A stretch of DNA of 64,000 bases from an uncultured Candidatus Rokubacteria bacterium (GTDB lineage Bacteria; Methylomirabilota; Methylomirabilia; Rokubacteriales; CSP1-6): contig CAWBMV010000034.1 in NCBI GenBank assembly GCA_963789955.1, forward strand, positions 32,001-96,000, written 5' to 3'. The notes under the pieces were generated by a model. The model was not told the origin of the DNA. It worked only from the letters and a program-made list of their open reading frames with translations, and did not search any database. Numbering within the stretch: position 1 is the stretch's first letter; each line of letters opens with the position of its first letter. Shown here in pieces: positions 49,643 through 62,530 of the stretch. The translations under genes and the position numbers were made by a program.

Positions 49643-50090
49643 GCGCCACACGGGGACGGCGTCGTATCGCCGCGCTGATCGAGCTCCTCGGCCGCTTTCC
49701 GATCGCGATCGTTCAGTGTATGTTTCGTCTGGCGATCGCGGCGTCTTCCTGAGAGCCGGCCTGAACAAGATCGCCAGCTGGGAGCTGACGGTGCAGCTCT
49801 TCGCCGACGAGTACAAGGTGCCGGTCCTGGCGCCCGAGATTGCGGCTCGCATGGCGGCGACGTTCGAGATCGGCTGCTCGCTCCTCCTCATCGCCGGCCT
49901 GGCGACGCGGCTGGCGACGCTGCCGCTCCTCGGCATGATCATGACGATCCAGCTCTTCGTCTACCCGAGCGCCTACGCCGAGCATCTCACCTGGGCGTCG
50001 ATCCTGATCTTCCTGCTCACACAGGGAGCGGGCCCGTGGTCGCTCGATCGGCTGGTCGGGCTCGAGTCTGAAGAGACCGGGAGGGAATGA
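49636..50090 (+). CDS. DoxX family membrane protein (BufD-like; frameshift near 49740)
   Basis: F..AG..K..SW..T..LF..EY.VP, GLATRLA.LPL, IQ.FVYP..Y.EHL.W, GAG..SLD. Confidence 0.8.
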
Positions 50091-51942
50091 CGGTAGAGCC
50101 GGGACGTAATGTCGGCGCATCGGAAAAACTCACGGCGCCGGCGCTCCGTCCCTGGCAACGCCTCGGCGTCAAGCTCGCGTTGGCCTTTGCACTGCTGGCC
50201 CTGGTCACGGTCGGCCTGGTCGGCGCGCTGGTCTACGAGCGCCAGAAGCGCGAGGTCGAGGACACGGTCGGCACCCAGCTTCTCAACATCGCGAGGACCG
50301 CCGTCCTCCTCGTCGATCCGGCGGTTCACGCGGACGCCCAGGCGGCCATGTCGCGCGACTCGCCCGCGTACGCGCGCATCAAGAAGGCGCTGGTCGCGGT
50401 CGCAGACCGAGACGTTGCTCACCACTCCCATCAGGACCTTGACCGACTTCGATCCCGCGCGACGCTCGGCCAAGCTCGTCGTCGTGGGCGACGACTCGGC
50501 TTCGCCGGGCGAGATGGTGGCGGTCGCGCCGGAGATGATCGAGCCGCTCGGCTGGACGTTCGAGGACGGTGTGGCACGCTACACGCGTATCTACCGCAAC
50601 GCGAGCGGCGCGTGGATCACCGCGATCGCCCCGATCGTGGACAAGAAGGGCCGCACGACCGCCGTGCTCAGCATGGACTACCCGGTCGATCTCTACTTCG
50701 AGCGGCTGCGCGAGCTCCAGATCACGATCGTGCAGGCCTCGGTCGCCGGGGCCATCGCCGCACTGATCCTGGGTTTGCTCGTCGCTCGCCGCCTGACGCG
50801 CCCGATCAGCGCGCTCACCGACGGCGTCGCGCGCGTCGCCGCGGGCGATCTCGAGCCAGGAGCTTGCCGTGCGCTCACGCGACGAGATCGGTCAGCTGAC
50901 GCGCGCGTTCAACGAGATGGTCGGCGGGCTGCGGCAGCGCGATTTCATCCGGAACGCGTTCGGTCGGTACGTCTCGCCGGAAGTCGCGAAGACCTTGCTC
51001 GAGTCGCCGGAGGGGCTTCGGCTCGGCGGCCACAAGCGCGAGGTCACCGTGCTCATGTCCGACCTGCGCGGCTACACCCGGTTCGCGGAGCAGGGCGACC
51101 CGACGCGCGTCATGGAGGTGCTGAACGGCTACCTGGCGCGCATGGCTGATCTCGTCATCGCCCATGGGGGAACGATCAACGAGTTCATCGGCGACGCGAT
51201 CTTCGCGGTGTTCGGCGCGCCGCTGGACCAGCCCGATCACGCCGAGCGCGCGGCCGCCGCGGCGCTCGCGATGCAGGGCGCGATGGACGAGCTCAACCGC
51301 GGGCACGCGGCCCGTGGCTGGCCGCGCTTCGAGATGGGGATCGGCGTCAATACCGGCGAGGCGGTCGTCGGCAACATCGGCTCCGAGCAGCGCGCGAAAT
51401 ACGCCGTGGTCGGCGCCGCGGTGAACCTCGCGGCGCGGGTCGAGGGGTGCACCGTGGGCGGTCAGATCTTCGTGACCACCTCGACCCTCGAGCGCATCCG
51501 CGATCTCGCCGAGGTCGGCGAGCCGGTTCGCGTCGAGCTCAAGGGCATTGCCGAGCCGGTGCTGCTCTACGAGTTGCGGGCGATCGGCGGACGGTTCGCG
51601 CAGCGCCTCGCCGCCGCGGACATCGCCGGCGATCCGCTCGTCGACGCGCGGCTACCGCTCCAGGGCTGGATCGTCGAGGGCAAGCAGCTCGGCGGCGAGT
51701 TCTCGGGCACGGTGACCCGTCTCGGCCGCCGCTCGCTCGACGCGCTCCTCGCGGCCGATCTGGCGCCGCTCACGAACGTGAAGGTTCGCGTCAGCGCGCC
51801 CGACCTCGGCCAGGAGTCCGGCGATCTGTACGGCAAGGTCGTCGGCGTCACCGGAGAGTCCGCCACGCGCGTCACGAGCATCAGGCTGACGTCGGTGGAC
51901 CCGGCCGACCAGCAGCTTCTCGAGAAGCTCTGTTTGCCTTAG
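50087..51942 (+). CDS. Membrane HAMP-domain adenylate/guanylate cyclase (frameshifts near 50400 and 50860)
   Basis: Two TMs with periplasmic domain; HAMP (RPI..L..G..RVA.GDL / DEIGQL..AFN.M); VLMSDLRGYT, FIGDAIFA.FG, GIGVNTG..VVGNIG, VNLAAR. Confidence 0.8.
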
Positions 51943-51975
51943 CGGTATCCTTGTTGGCGGGCGCGTGCCCGCACT

Positions 51976-52659
51976 ATGGCGACGACCAGCGATCCTCTCG
52001 CGACACTCGCGGCGCACGCCCTCGGCTTCGTCAGGGCCGGTGACGTCGTCGGCCTCGGCTCCGGCCGCGCGGCCGGCGCCTTTGTCCGCGCCCTGGCGGC
52101 GCGAGTGCGCGACGGTCTCAGGGTCCGGGGCGTGGCGACATCCGAGCAGACGGCGGGGCTCGCCCGCGAGCTCGGGATCGAGCTCGTCGGCCTCGAGGCC
52201 GAGATCGAGCTGACCGTCGACGGCGCCGACGAGGTCGACGGCCGGCTGGATCTCATCAAGGGCCACGGTGGAGCGCTGGTGCGGGAGCGGATCGTGGCCG
52301 CGGCGTCGCGGCGCCAGATCATCCTCGTCACATCGGAGAAGCTGGTCGAAACGCTCGGGACCCGCGGCGCGCTTCCGGTCGAGGTCATGCCGTTCGCGGT
52401 CCCCTTCTGCCGGCGACGCCTGGAGGATCTCGAGTTGAAGCCGACCTTGCGGATGCAGGACGAGCGCCCGTTCGTGACCGACAACTTCAACGTGATCTTC
52501 GACTGCGACACGGGTCCGATCGCCGATCCGGCCACGCTCGAGCAGAAGATCCGCGCCATCCCTGGTGTCATCGATACCGGGCTCTTCCTCGGCACCGCCC
52601 ACCTGGTCGTCGTCGCCGACGGCGACTCGATTCGTGAGCTCGTCAGGCGAGCACCGTGA
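51976..52659 (+). CDS. rpiA: Ribose-5-phosphate isomerase A
   Basis: GLGSG, VATS, DGADEVD..L.LIKG.GGAL.RE, PVEV, TDN, IPGV...GLF. Confidence 0.95.
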   Translation: MATTSDPLATLAAHALGFVRAGDVVGLGSGRAAGAFVRALAARVRDGLRVRGVATSEQTAGLARELGIELVGLEAEIELTVDGADEVDGRLDLIKGHGGALVRERIVAAASRRQIILVTSEKLVETLGTRGALPVEVMPFAVPFCRRRLEDLELKPTLRMQDERPFVTDNFNVIFDCDTGPIADPATLEQKIRAIPGVIDTGLFLGTAHLVVVADGDSIRELVRRAP

Positions 52660-52913
52660 CCGCCGACACGTCGTTCAAGCTCCCCGGCGCCCTCGACACG
52701 GCCGTGCGCGCCGAGGTCGAAGCGTAGCGCGCCGGCGACAAGGTGCGACGGCTCTGGGCGCGGGACGCCAGCCTGTGGACGGGAGCGGACGAGGCTGCCT
52801 GGCTGGTCCAGGTGCTCCGCGAGCGTGGACGCCGTGTGCTCCGCGTGCATCTCGGGAGCGACGTGAAAGCCGGCCTGGCGCTGCTGCGCCGGGCCGTCGA
52901 GGCAAGTAGATAG
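52656..52913 (+). pseudogene. Internally deleted remnant of a glucose-6-phosphate isomerase domain (tal-pgi type) with a TAG at 52725
   Basis: A*RAGDKVRRLWARDASLWTGADEAAWL joined directly to QVLRERGRRVLRVHLG.DVKAGL. Confidence 0.65.
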
Positions 52914-52922
52914 GAGGACCGC

Positions 52923-53903
52923 ATGCAGCTCGGGATAGTGGGGCTCGGCCGGATGGGCGGGAACATGGCGCGTCGCCTGATGAAGGGCGGCCACGAGATC
53001 GTCGGCTACGCCGCGGACCCGGCCGGGGTCAAGGAGATCGGGCGCGAGGGCGGAACCGGCACGACCACGCTCGACGATTTCGTGCGCGCGCTCCGGCCGC
53101 CGCGCGTCGCATGGGTGATGGTGCCGGCCGGCGCCGCCACCGAGCAAGTCGTGACGGATCTCGCCAAGCGCATGGCGCCGGGCGACACGATCGTCGACGG
53201 CGGCAACTCGTTCTACAAGGACGACGTGCGGCGGATGAAGATGCTGCGACCGCAGCAGATCCACTACGTCGACGTCGGGACGAGCGGCGGCGTCTGGGGG
53301 CTCGAGCGCGGTTACTGCTTGATGATCGGCGGTGAGCGCGACGTCGTCGAGCGTCTGGCGCCGATCTTCAAGACGCTCTCGCCCGGGACCGGCAGCATTC
53401 CGCGTACTCCCGGGCGCGAGACGATGAGCGGCTCGGCCGAGCAGGGTTATCTCTACTGCGGCCCGTCGGGCGCCGGCCACTTCGTGAAGATGATCCACAA
53501 CGGCATCGAGTACGGCCTGATGCAGGCGTACGCCGAAGGGCTCGACATTCTAAAGAATGCGAGTGCGAAGACGCTCGATCCCGATCTGCGGTACGACCTG
53601 AACATCGCGGACGTCACCGAGGTCTGGCGCCGCGGCTCCGTCGTGAGCTCCTGGCTCCTGGACCTGACCGCGCAGGCGCTCGCCGAGAACCCGACCCTGT
53701 CGAACTACGAGGGTGTGGTCGCCGACTCGGGCGAGGGCCGGTGGACCGTGATGGCCGCGGTCGAGGAGGGTGTGCCGGCCGACGTGCTCTCGGCGTCGCT
53801 CTACGCGCGATTCCGCTCGCGTCAGGATCACACCTTCGCCGAAAAGGTGCTCTCGGCCATGCGGCAGAAGTTCGGCGGCCACGTCGAGCAAAAGTCCGGG
53901 TGA
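52923..53903 (+). CDS. gnd: 6-phosphogluconate dehydrogenase, decarboxylating (short type)
   Basis: [46 protein letters not shown]. Confidence 0.95.
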   Translation: MQLGIVGLGRMGGNMARRLMKGGHEIVGYAADPAGVKEIGREGGTGTTTLDDFVRALRPPRVAWVMVPAGAATEQVVTDLAKRMAPGDTIVDGGNSFYKDDVRRMKMLRPQQIHYVDVGTSGGVWGLERGYCLMIGGERDVVERLAPIFKTLSPGTGSIPRTPGRETMSGSAEQGYLYCGPSGAGHFVKMIHNGIEYGLMQAYAEGLDILKNASAKTLDPDLRYDLNIADVTEVWRRGSVVSSWLLDLTAQALAENPTLSNYEGVVADSGEGRWTVMAAVEEGVPADVLSASLYARFRSRQDHTFAEKVLSAMRQKFGGHVEQKSG

Positions 53904-54919
53904 TTCTCGCCGGCGACGTCGGCGGCACGAAGACGGCGCTGGCGCTCTTCGACGTACGGCGGCGCGGGCTGGCGGTCGTTCGCGAAGGCGTCTTGCCGAG
54001 CCAGGGCTACGCCGCCCTCCAGGACGCGATCCGGCAGTTCCTCCTCGAAGGCCCGCGGGCCTCGATCGACGCGGCGTGCGTTGGCGTCGCCGGCCCGGTG
54101 ATCGACGGGCGCTGCGCGGCGACGAACCTGCCGTGGGTGGTCGACGAAGCCTCGCTGGCGGCATGCGTGTCGACGACTCGAGTCAAGCTCATCAACGATC
54201 TCGAGGCGGCCGGACACGGCGTGCTCGGACTCAAGCGCACGTCGCTGGCGACGCTCCAGGCCGGCCAGCCGCGCAAGGGCACGATGGCGCTGATCGCGGC
54301 CGGCACGGGGCTGGGTGAAGTTCTCCTCGTCTGGGACGGCCGGCGCCACCATGTGGTCAGCTCGGAAGGCGGCCACGCCGACTTCGCGCCGCGCACCGAC
54401 CTCGAGATCGACCTCTTCCGGTTTCTGCGCAAAGAGTTCGGGCGGGTCAGCTACGAGCGCGTCGTCTCCGGGCCCGGGCTCTACAACATCTATCGGTTCC
54501 TGCTCTCCATCGGCGGGGCCCCGGAGGCCGACTGGCTCCACTCGCGCATGGAGACCGGCGATCCGAGCGCGGTGATCGCCGAGGCGGCGCTCGACCATCG
54601 CGACCCCCGAGCCGTCCAGGCGCTCGACATGTTCGTGTCGATCTACGGCGCCGAGGCCGGCAATCTCGCCCTCAAGGCGCTCGCCGTCGAAGGCGTTCTG
54701 ATCGGCGGGGGGATCGCGCCGAAGATCCGGCCCAAGCTCGAAGACGGCACGTTCATGAGCGCCTTCCGCGACAAGGGAAGGCTCAGCGAGATGATGGCCG
54801 CGATCCCCGTGCACCTGGTGCTCGAGCCCCGCGCGGCCCTCCTCGGGGCGGCGGCCGTGGCCAGATCGCTCCTGTCCGGTCCGGCCCCGAGGCCCCGTGC
54901 CGGGCGGCGCACCTCCTAG
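53900..54919 (+). CDS. glk: Glucokinase
   Basis: AGDVGGT, GVAGPV, TNLPW, LIND.EA, GTGLG, SEGGH, SGPGL, GGIAPK. Confidence 0.9.
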   Translation: MILAGDVGGTKTALALFDVRRRGLAVVREGVLPSQGYAALQDAIRQFLLEGPRASIDAACVGVAGPVIDGRCAATNLPWVVDEASLAACVSTTRVKLINDLEAAGHGVLGLKRTSLATLQAGQPRKGTMALIAAGTGLGEVLLVWDGRRHHVVSSEGGHADFAPRTDLEIDLFRFLRKEFGRVSYERVVSGPGLYNIYRFLLSIGGAPEADWLHSRMETGDPSAVIAEAALDHRDPRAVQALDMFVSIYGAEAGNLALKALAVEGVLIGGGIAPKIRPKLEDGTFMSAFRDKGRLSEMMAAIPVHLVLEPRAALLGAAAVARSLLSGPAPRPRAGRRTS

Positions 54920-54977
54920 CCCCCGGCGCTCCTGCCGGGCTCGACGGCGTGTCCAGGCCTTGAGCACACGGAAAACC

Positions 54978-57620
<2,643 letters not shown>

Positions 57621-57808
57621 GCGACTCCGGATCTCACGGTAATATCTCCGGGACGGGCCTGCCGTGTCGCTCCCGGGGCGACGGGTGAAGCGTGGGGCCG
57701 CGGCCAGCGCCACAAGGCGGGGATTTCGGCCTCCGCGCCGGCTCCACGGATAGCCGCCGGTGTAACGCCCGGCCGGCAGGCCGAATTCGACCGGGGCGAG
57801 AGGCTCTC

Positions 57809-58426
57809 ATGACCCGACGCGTGGAGACGGCGCTCGTCGTCGGCGCCCCGCTGTTGCTCGCGATCCTCGAGATCTTCCATCCGCACCCTCACGACCTCTT
57901 CCGGCTCGATTTGAGCGCGTGGATGGCCGTGCACTATCTGCAGCTCTTGTTGTTCCCGCTGTCGGCGCTGGCCCTGATGCGGCTCGTCAGCGGCCGGCGA
58001 GGATTCGCGGCGGGCCTGTGCCGCGGCGCCGCGTTCGTCTTTGGCGTGACGTGGATTGCGTTCGACAGCGTCGCCGGCGTCGCGACCGGGATCTTGCTCC
58101 AGGCCGCCCAGGCCAGCGGCTCACCGGAGGCCTGGCGCGCCCCGGTGACGGCCATCTGGGCTCACCCGACCGTCGGCGGGGGCGCGACGCCGGATTCGGC
58201 GCCCCCGCTGCTGGCGGTCGCCGGGTCCCTGGCATGGGGGATCGGATGTCTGGCGGCGGCCTACACGCTTCGCCGCGCCGGCAGCTCGTGGATACCGGTC
58301 GGTCTGCTGGTGATCTCCTCGATGAGCTTCACCGTGTTCAAGACTCACGCGCCGCCCGGCGGTCCGATCGCGTTCGGCGCGCTCGCCGCCGCGGCCGCCT
58401 GGGTCCGCTGGAAGTCGCCCGACTAG
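57809..58426 (+). CDS. Hypothetical membrane protein
   Basis: Several hydrophobic segments; FHP, VHY.QL, FD..AG.ATG, H.PP.GP. Confidence 0.6.
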   Translation: MTRRVETALVVGAPLLLAILEIFHPHPHDLFRLDLSAWMAVHYLQLLLFPLSALALMRLVSGRRGFAAGLCRGAAFVFGVTWIAFDSVAGVATGILLQAAQASGSPEAWRAPVTAIWAHPTVGGGATPDSAPPLLAVAGSLAWGIGCLAAAYTLRRAGSSWIPVGLLVISSMSFTVFKTHAPPGGPIAFGALAAAAAWVRWKSPD

Positions 58427-58435
58427 ATTTTCGCG

Positions 58436-59443
58436 TCAGACCTTGCCGTCGAGCGCGCGCTTGAGCTGATCGAGATGGTTGTCGTCGTGCCACGCCATCA
58501 ACGTGACGAAGTCGTTGATGGTGATCGGGCCGCGCGTGGCGTGGATGCCGGCGCGCTTCCATTGCTCTTGTGTGAGCGTGCGGAGCAGGGCGAGCGCCTC
58601 GTCGCGCCGTGCGCGGAACGCGGCCAGCGCGAGCTGCGCGTCGTTCCGGAGATACTGCCGCTCCTCGGCCCAGCGATCCGGTATGGTGGGATCGAACGCG
58701 AGCTTCGGATTGTCCATCGCCAGGATCATCCCGAACCGGCCGGTGAACATCTCCTCGACGTCGCGCAGGTGACAGATCGCTTCCTTCGCCGCCCAGTTCT
58801 TGCCGTCCGGCCGGCGCGACAGGATCGCGTCGTCGCGGCCGCGGATCGCCGCGGCGAGCTCGTCGGCGGTGCGGGCGAGTCGCCGCATCCGTTCGTCGGC
58901 CGGTAGCTTCGCGTATTCCTCCATCGTCGGCATCGTGACTCTCCCCCTGGTCTCGGGCACCAGCTGATGGAACAGGCTCGACTCGCGCTTGTAGAACCCC
59001 TGCGTATGATACGACTCCGGCAATCGCAGCCCGGTGTAGTCCACGTGATGCCCGACCTCGTGCAGCAAGGTCCGCAGATAGGATCGGAACGCGACGACGC
59101 GCTTCTTCTTGGCCGTGCGCATCCACAGCTGGATCTTCGGCTTGCGGCCCCGCTCCAAGGTGTAGAGGCCGTGGAGCTCGCCCCAGCGCGAGTGAGGACG
59201 CGCCGCGAGGACCTCGACGCGCACGTCCGGCAGCCCCATCGCCTCGGTGAGACCGGCGACCAGCTCGTGGCTCGCCCGCTCCGTCGCCGCCCGCTCCTCG
59301 GTGTTGAGCGCGGCTTCGAGCGCCGCGACGCGCGGATGGAGTGAGGTCGGGTCTTCGAGGCGGATCTCGATGAGGGCGTCGCTCTTGCGGTAGACGGCCT
59401 GCTGCGAGCGCGTGAGCCGTCCGTAGTAGGCGAACGGCGCCAC
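58436..59443 (-). CDS. HExxH (SprT-like) domain fused in frame to a DinB-family domain
   Basis: GTG overlapping the upstream stop; LLHEVGHH..H..GF; then RPDGKNWAAKE.ICHLRD..WHD.NHL.Q; internal RBS and ATG at 58933. Confidence 0.7.
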   Translation of the reverse strand: MAPFAYYGRLTRSQQAVYRKSDALIEIRLEDPTSLHPRVAALEAALNTEERAATERASHELVAGLTEAMGLPDVRVEVLAARPHSRWGELHGLYTLERGRKPKIQLWMRTAKKKRVVAFRSYLRTLLHEVGHHVDYTGLRLPESYHTQGFYKRESSLFHQLVPETRGRVTMPTMEEYAKLPADERMRRLARTADELAAAIRGRDDAILSRRPDGKNWAAKEAICHLRDVEEMFTGRFGMILAMDNPKLAFDPTIPDRWAEERQYLRNDAQLALAAFRARRDEALALLRTLTQEQWKRAGIHATRGPITINDFVTLMAWHDDNHLDQLKRALDGKV

Positions 59444-60225
59444 TACTGGCCGGTGAAGCGGGGCTTTCTCTTTTCGAGAAACGCCTTCGCGCCCTCGATG
59501 CGGTCCTCGGTCGTCCTGAGGAGCGTCGCCAGATCGTTCTCGAGTCGAAGGCCGTCCTCGAGGGGCAGGCCGAGGCCCTTCACGACCGCTTCCTTGGCGT
59601 AGCGGAGCGCCACCGGCGCCTTCTCGGCGAGCGTCCGCGCCAGCGCCTGCGCGGCCGAATGCGCCTCGCCCGCCGGGACCACGCGCTCGACGAGCCCGAT
59701 CCGGAGCGCCTCGCGCGCGTCGATGCGCGCGCCGGTCAGGATCATCTCGAGCGCCTTGCCGCGGCCCACGAGCCGCGGTAACCGCTGCGTGCCGCCGCCG
59801 CCCGGGATGATCGCGAGGTTCACCTCGGTGAGCCCGAGCTGGGAGTCCTCGCTGGCGATCCGGATGTCGCACGCGAGCGCCAGCTCGAGGCCGCCCCCCA
59901 GCGCGAACCCGCGAATCGCGGCGATGATCGGCTGGCCGCAGCGATCCATCGCGGCGCGGAAGTCGACGCGCCGCCGGGCGTCCCTGAACTTGACGGGCAC
60001 CTGCGGCGCGACGAACTCGCGGATGTCGGCGCCCGCCGAAAACGCCCGGTCGCCCGCGCCGGTGACCACGACGACGCGCGCGTCACCGCCCTGCGCGATC
60101 TCGCCGAAGCAGGCGGTGAGCTCCTCGCGCATGCGCTCGTTCATCGCGTTGTGCACGTTGGGCCGGTTGAGCGTGATCGTCGCGATGCCGTCGGTCAGCT
60201 CGTAGCGAATCGCCTCGTAGGTCAC
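59443..60225 (-). CDS. Enoyl-CoA hydratase/isomerase
   Basis: ITLNRP..NA, AFSAGADI, GFALGGGLELALACD.R, E..L.IIPGGGGTQRL. Confidence 0.9.
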   Translation of the reverse strand: MTYEAIRYELTDGIATITLNRPNVHNAMNERMREELTACFGEIAQGGDARVVVVTGAGDRAFSAGADIREFVAPQVPVKFRDARRRVDFRAAMDRCGQPIIAAIRGFALGGGLELALACDIRIASEDSQLGLTEVNLAIIPGGGGTQRLPRLVGRGKALEMILTGARIDAREALRIGLVERVVPAGEAHSAAQALARTLAEKAPVALRYAKEAVVKGLGLPLEDGLRLENDLATLLRTTEDRIEGAKAFLEKRKPRFTGQ

Positions 60226-61388
60226 TTGGCGCCTCCCGCCCGGCGGCACACGCCGCGCGCGGCGAGCCCGGCGATCTCGTCGTCGGTGTAGCCGAGCTCG
60301 TGGAGCACGGCGTCGGTGTGCTGGCCCAAGGTCGGCGCCGGGCCGGGATCTTGCGTGGGCGTCCCTCGAAAGGCGATCGGCTGTCCCATCATGCGCAGGC
60401 GCCCGACCTCGGGATGCTCGTACTCGCGGACCATGTCGTGGTGACGCACCGCCGGGTGATCGAGGAAGTCCAGCACGGTCTGGACCGGCGCCGCCGGGAT
60501 GTCGTGCTTGCCGAGCAGCTCGAGCCAGTACTCGCGCGGCTTCGACTTGAACTTGGCCTCGATCAGCGGCAAGAGCGCCTGGTTGTTCTCGAGCCGCGCG
60601 ATCCACGAGGCGAAGCGCGGATCGTCGGCCAGATGGTCGAGCTCGAGCGCCTTGCAGAGCTTCACCCAGAACGCCTGGTTGCCGACCGCGAGGAAGAACC
60701 AGGCGTCGTCGCCCGCCTGATAGAGGCGATAGGTCGGGTTGTCGCGGATCAACGTGGGCTTGCTCGGATAGTCGATGGCCACGCCCGCCTGGAGCGCCAG
60801 CACCCCGCGCAGCAGCGAGGTCTCCACGCGCTGGCCCCGCCCCGTCCGCTCGCGCGCGAAGAGCGCCGACAGGATGCCCTGGGTCGCCAGCGCCGCCGTG
60901 TAGTAGTCGGCCGGAGCGGTCCGCAGATAGACCGGCGGACCGCCGAAGCCCTGCAAGGTCATCAGGCCGCCCAGCGCCTGAAAGACCGGATCGAAGCCGG
61001 GCCGGTCGGAGTCGGGTCCGCTGGAGCCGAACGCCGTGACCGAGGAATAGATGAGCCGCGGATTGATCACGCTCAGCCGGTCGTAGCCGACCCCCAGACG
61101 CTCGGCGACACCGGGCCGCATGTTCTCCATGACGACGTCGGAGCGCTCGGCGAGCTGGTGGACGATCTGGCGGCCTTCGGGTGTCTTGAGGTTGACGGCG
61201 AGCGAGCGTTTGCCGCGATTCCAGCCGAAGAAGCCGGGCAGCTCGCGGAACGAATCGCCCTCGAGCGCCTCGACCTTGATGACCGCCGCCCCGAGGTCGG
61301 CCAGCTGCATCGCGGCGTAGGAGCCGGCGATGTAGCTGGTCAGGTCGACGATCTTGACACCGTCGAGCGGCGGCGGGGGCGTGGACAC
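60222..61388 (-). CDS. CaiB/BaiF family III CoA-transferase
   Basis: LADLGA.VIKVE, NRGKRS, ENMRPG, RPGFD, PTLGQHT. Confidence 0.9.
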   Translation of the reverse strand: MSTPPPPLDGVKIVDLTSYIAGSYAAMQLADLGAAVIKVEALEGDSFRELPGFFGWNRGKRSLAVNLKTPEGRQIVHQLAERSDVVMENMRPGVAERLGVGYDRLSVINPRLIYSSVTAFGSSGPDSDRPGFDPVFQALGGLMTLQGFGGPPVYLRTAPADYYTAALATQGILSALFARERTGRGQRVETSLLRGVLALQAGVAIDYPSKPTLIRDNPTYRLYQAGDDAWFFLAVGNQAFWVKLCKALELDHLADDPRFASWIARLENNQALLPLIEAKFKSKPREYWLELLGKHDIPAAPVQTVLDFLDHPAVRHHDMVREYEHPEVGRLRMMGQPIAFRGTPTQDPGPAPTLGQHTDAVLHELGYTDDEIAGLAARGVCRRAGGAK

Positions 61389-61407
61389 TGGACGGTTCTC
61401 GCCCCGG

Positions 61408-62526
61408 CTACCTCGCGGCGCGCCGGACGATCTGCTCGCGGTGGTAGTCGACGTCGCCGTACATCGCTTCGAGCGCCTTGGCGCGCTTGAAGTAGATGTG
61501 CAGGTCGTACTCCCAGGTGAAGCCGATGCCGCCGTGCACCTGGATCGCCTCGCCGCAGACCTTGCGCGACGCGTCGGCGACGTAGGCCTTCGCGACGGAC
61601 GCCGCGAGCTCGTGATCTTCCGCCTTCGCGTCGAGCGCCCAGGCCGCGTAGTACACGGCCGAGTAGGAGTTCTCGACCTCGAGGAGCATCTCGGAGCACT
61701 TGTGGCGGATCGCCTGGAAGGAGCCGATCGGCTGGCCGAACTGCTCGCGCACCTTGGCGTAGCCGACCGCCATGTCCAGGCACCGGCGCGCGGCGCCCAG
61801 CATCTCCGCCGCCGCGCCGACCGCGCCGCGACGCAGCAGGCCGCTCAGGAGCGACGCGGCCTGACCGGGAGCGCCGAGCACGGCGTCGCCGGCCACCGGC
61901 ACCTTGTCCAGCTCGAGATGAACCCAGCGCGTCGCCAGATCCATGCCCTGCACCGGCGAGAGCTTGAGCCCGGCCGCCGACGGATCGACGAGGAACAGCG
62001 ACGGGCCTTCGGGAGCGCGCGCCGGGATCAGCAGCACGTTGGCCACGTGGGCCCACGGCACGAAGCGCTTCGTCCCGGACAGGGTCCAGCCCTTCGACGA
62101 CTTCTCGGCCCGCGTCGTCACCGCCGCCGGATCCCAGTCGAGATCGCTGTCGAGGAACGCCAGGGTCGCGCGCGCGTCGCCGGTGGCGATCGCCGAGAGC
62201 CAGCGCTTCTTCTGCGCGTCGGTGCCGGCGGCCTCGACGGCGGCGGCCGCCAGGACGGTCGGGAAGTACGGGCCGGGATAGGCAGCGCGGCCGAGCTCCT
62301 CGAGCAGGATCGCGGTCTCGACCATGCCGAGCCCGCTGCCGCCGTACGCCTCGGGCAGGGAGAGCCCGAGCCAGCCGAGCTGGGCCATCTCCTTCCACAT
62401 CGACTCGCTCTCGCCGCGCGGATCGTCCCACAGCAGGCGAACGGTCGCCGGCTTGCAGTGCTCGTCGAGGAACGCACGCGCCGAGTTCTTCAGAAGCTGC
62501 TGGTCGGAGCTGAATGAGAAGTCCAT
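61408..62526 (-). CDS. Acyl-CoA dehydrogenase family protein
   Basis: LGW..L.LPE.YGG, EELGR, R.QFG.PIGSFQAI.H, Q.HGGIGFTWE. Confidence 0.9.
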   Translation of the reverse strand: MDFSFSSDQQLLKNSARAFLDEHCKPATVRLLWDDPRGESESMWKEMAQLGWLGLSLPEAYGGSGLGMVETAILLEELGRAAYPGPYFPTVLAAAAVEAAGTDAQKKRWLSAIATGDARATLAFLDSDLDWDPAAVTTRAEKSSKGWTLSGTKRFVPWAHVANVLLIPARAPEGPSLFLVDPSAAGLKLSPVQGMDLATRWVHLELDKVPVAGDAVLGAPGQAASLLSGLLRRGAVGAAAEMLGAARRCLDMAVGYAKVREQFGQPIGSFQAIRHKCSEMLLEVENSYSAVYYAAWALDAKAEDHELAASVAKAYVADASRKVCGEAIQVHGGIGFTWEYDLHIYFKRAKALEAMYGDVDYHREQIVRRAAR

Positions 62527-62530
62527 GGCG

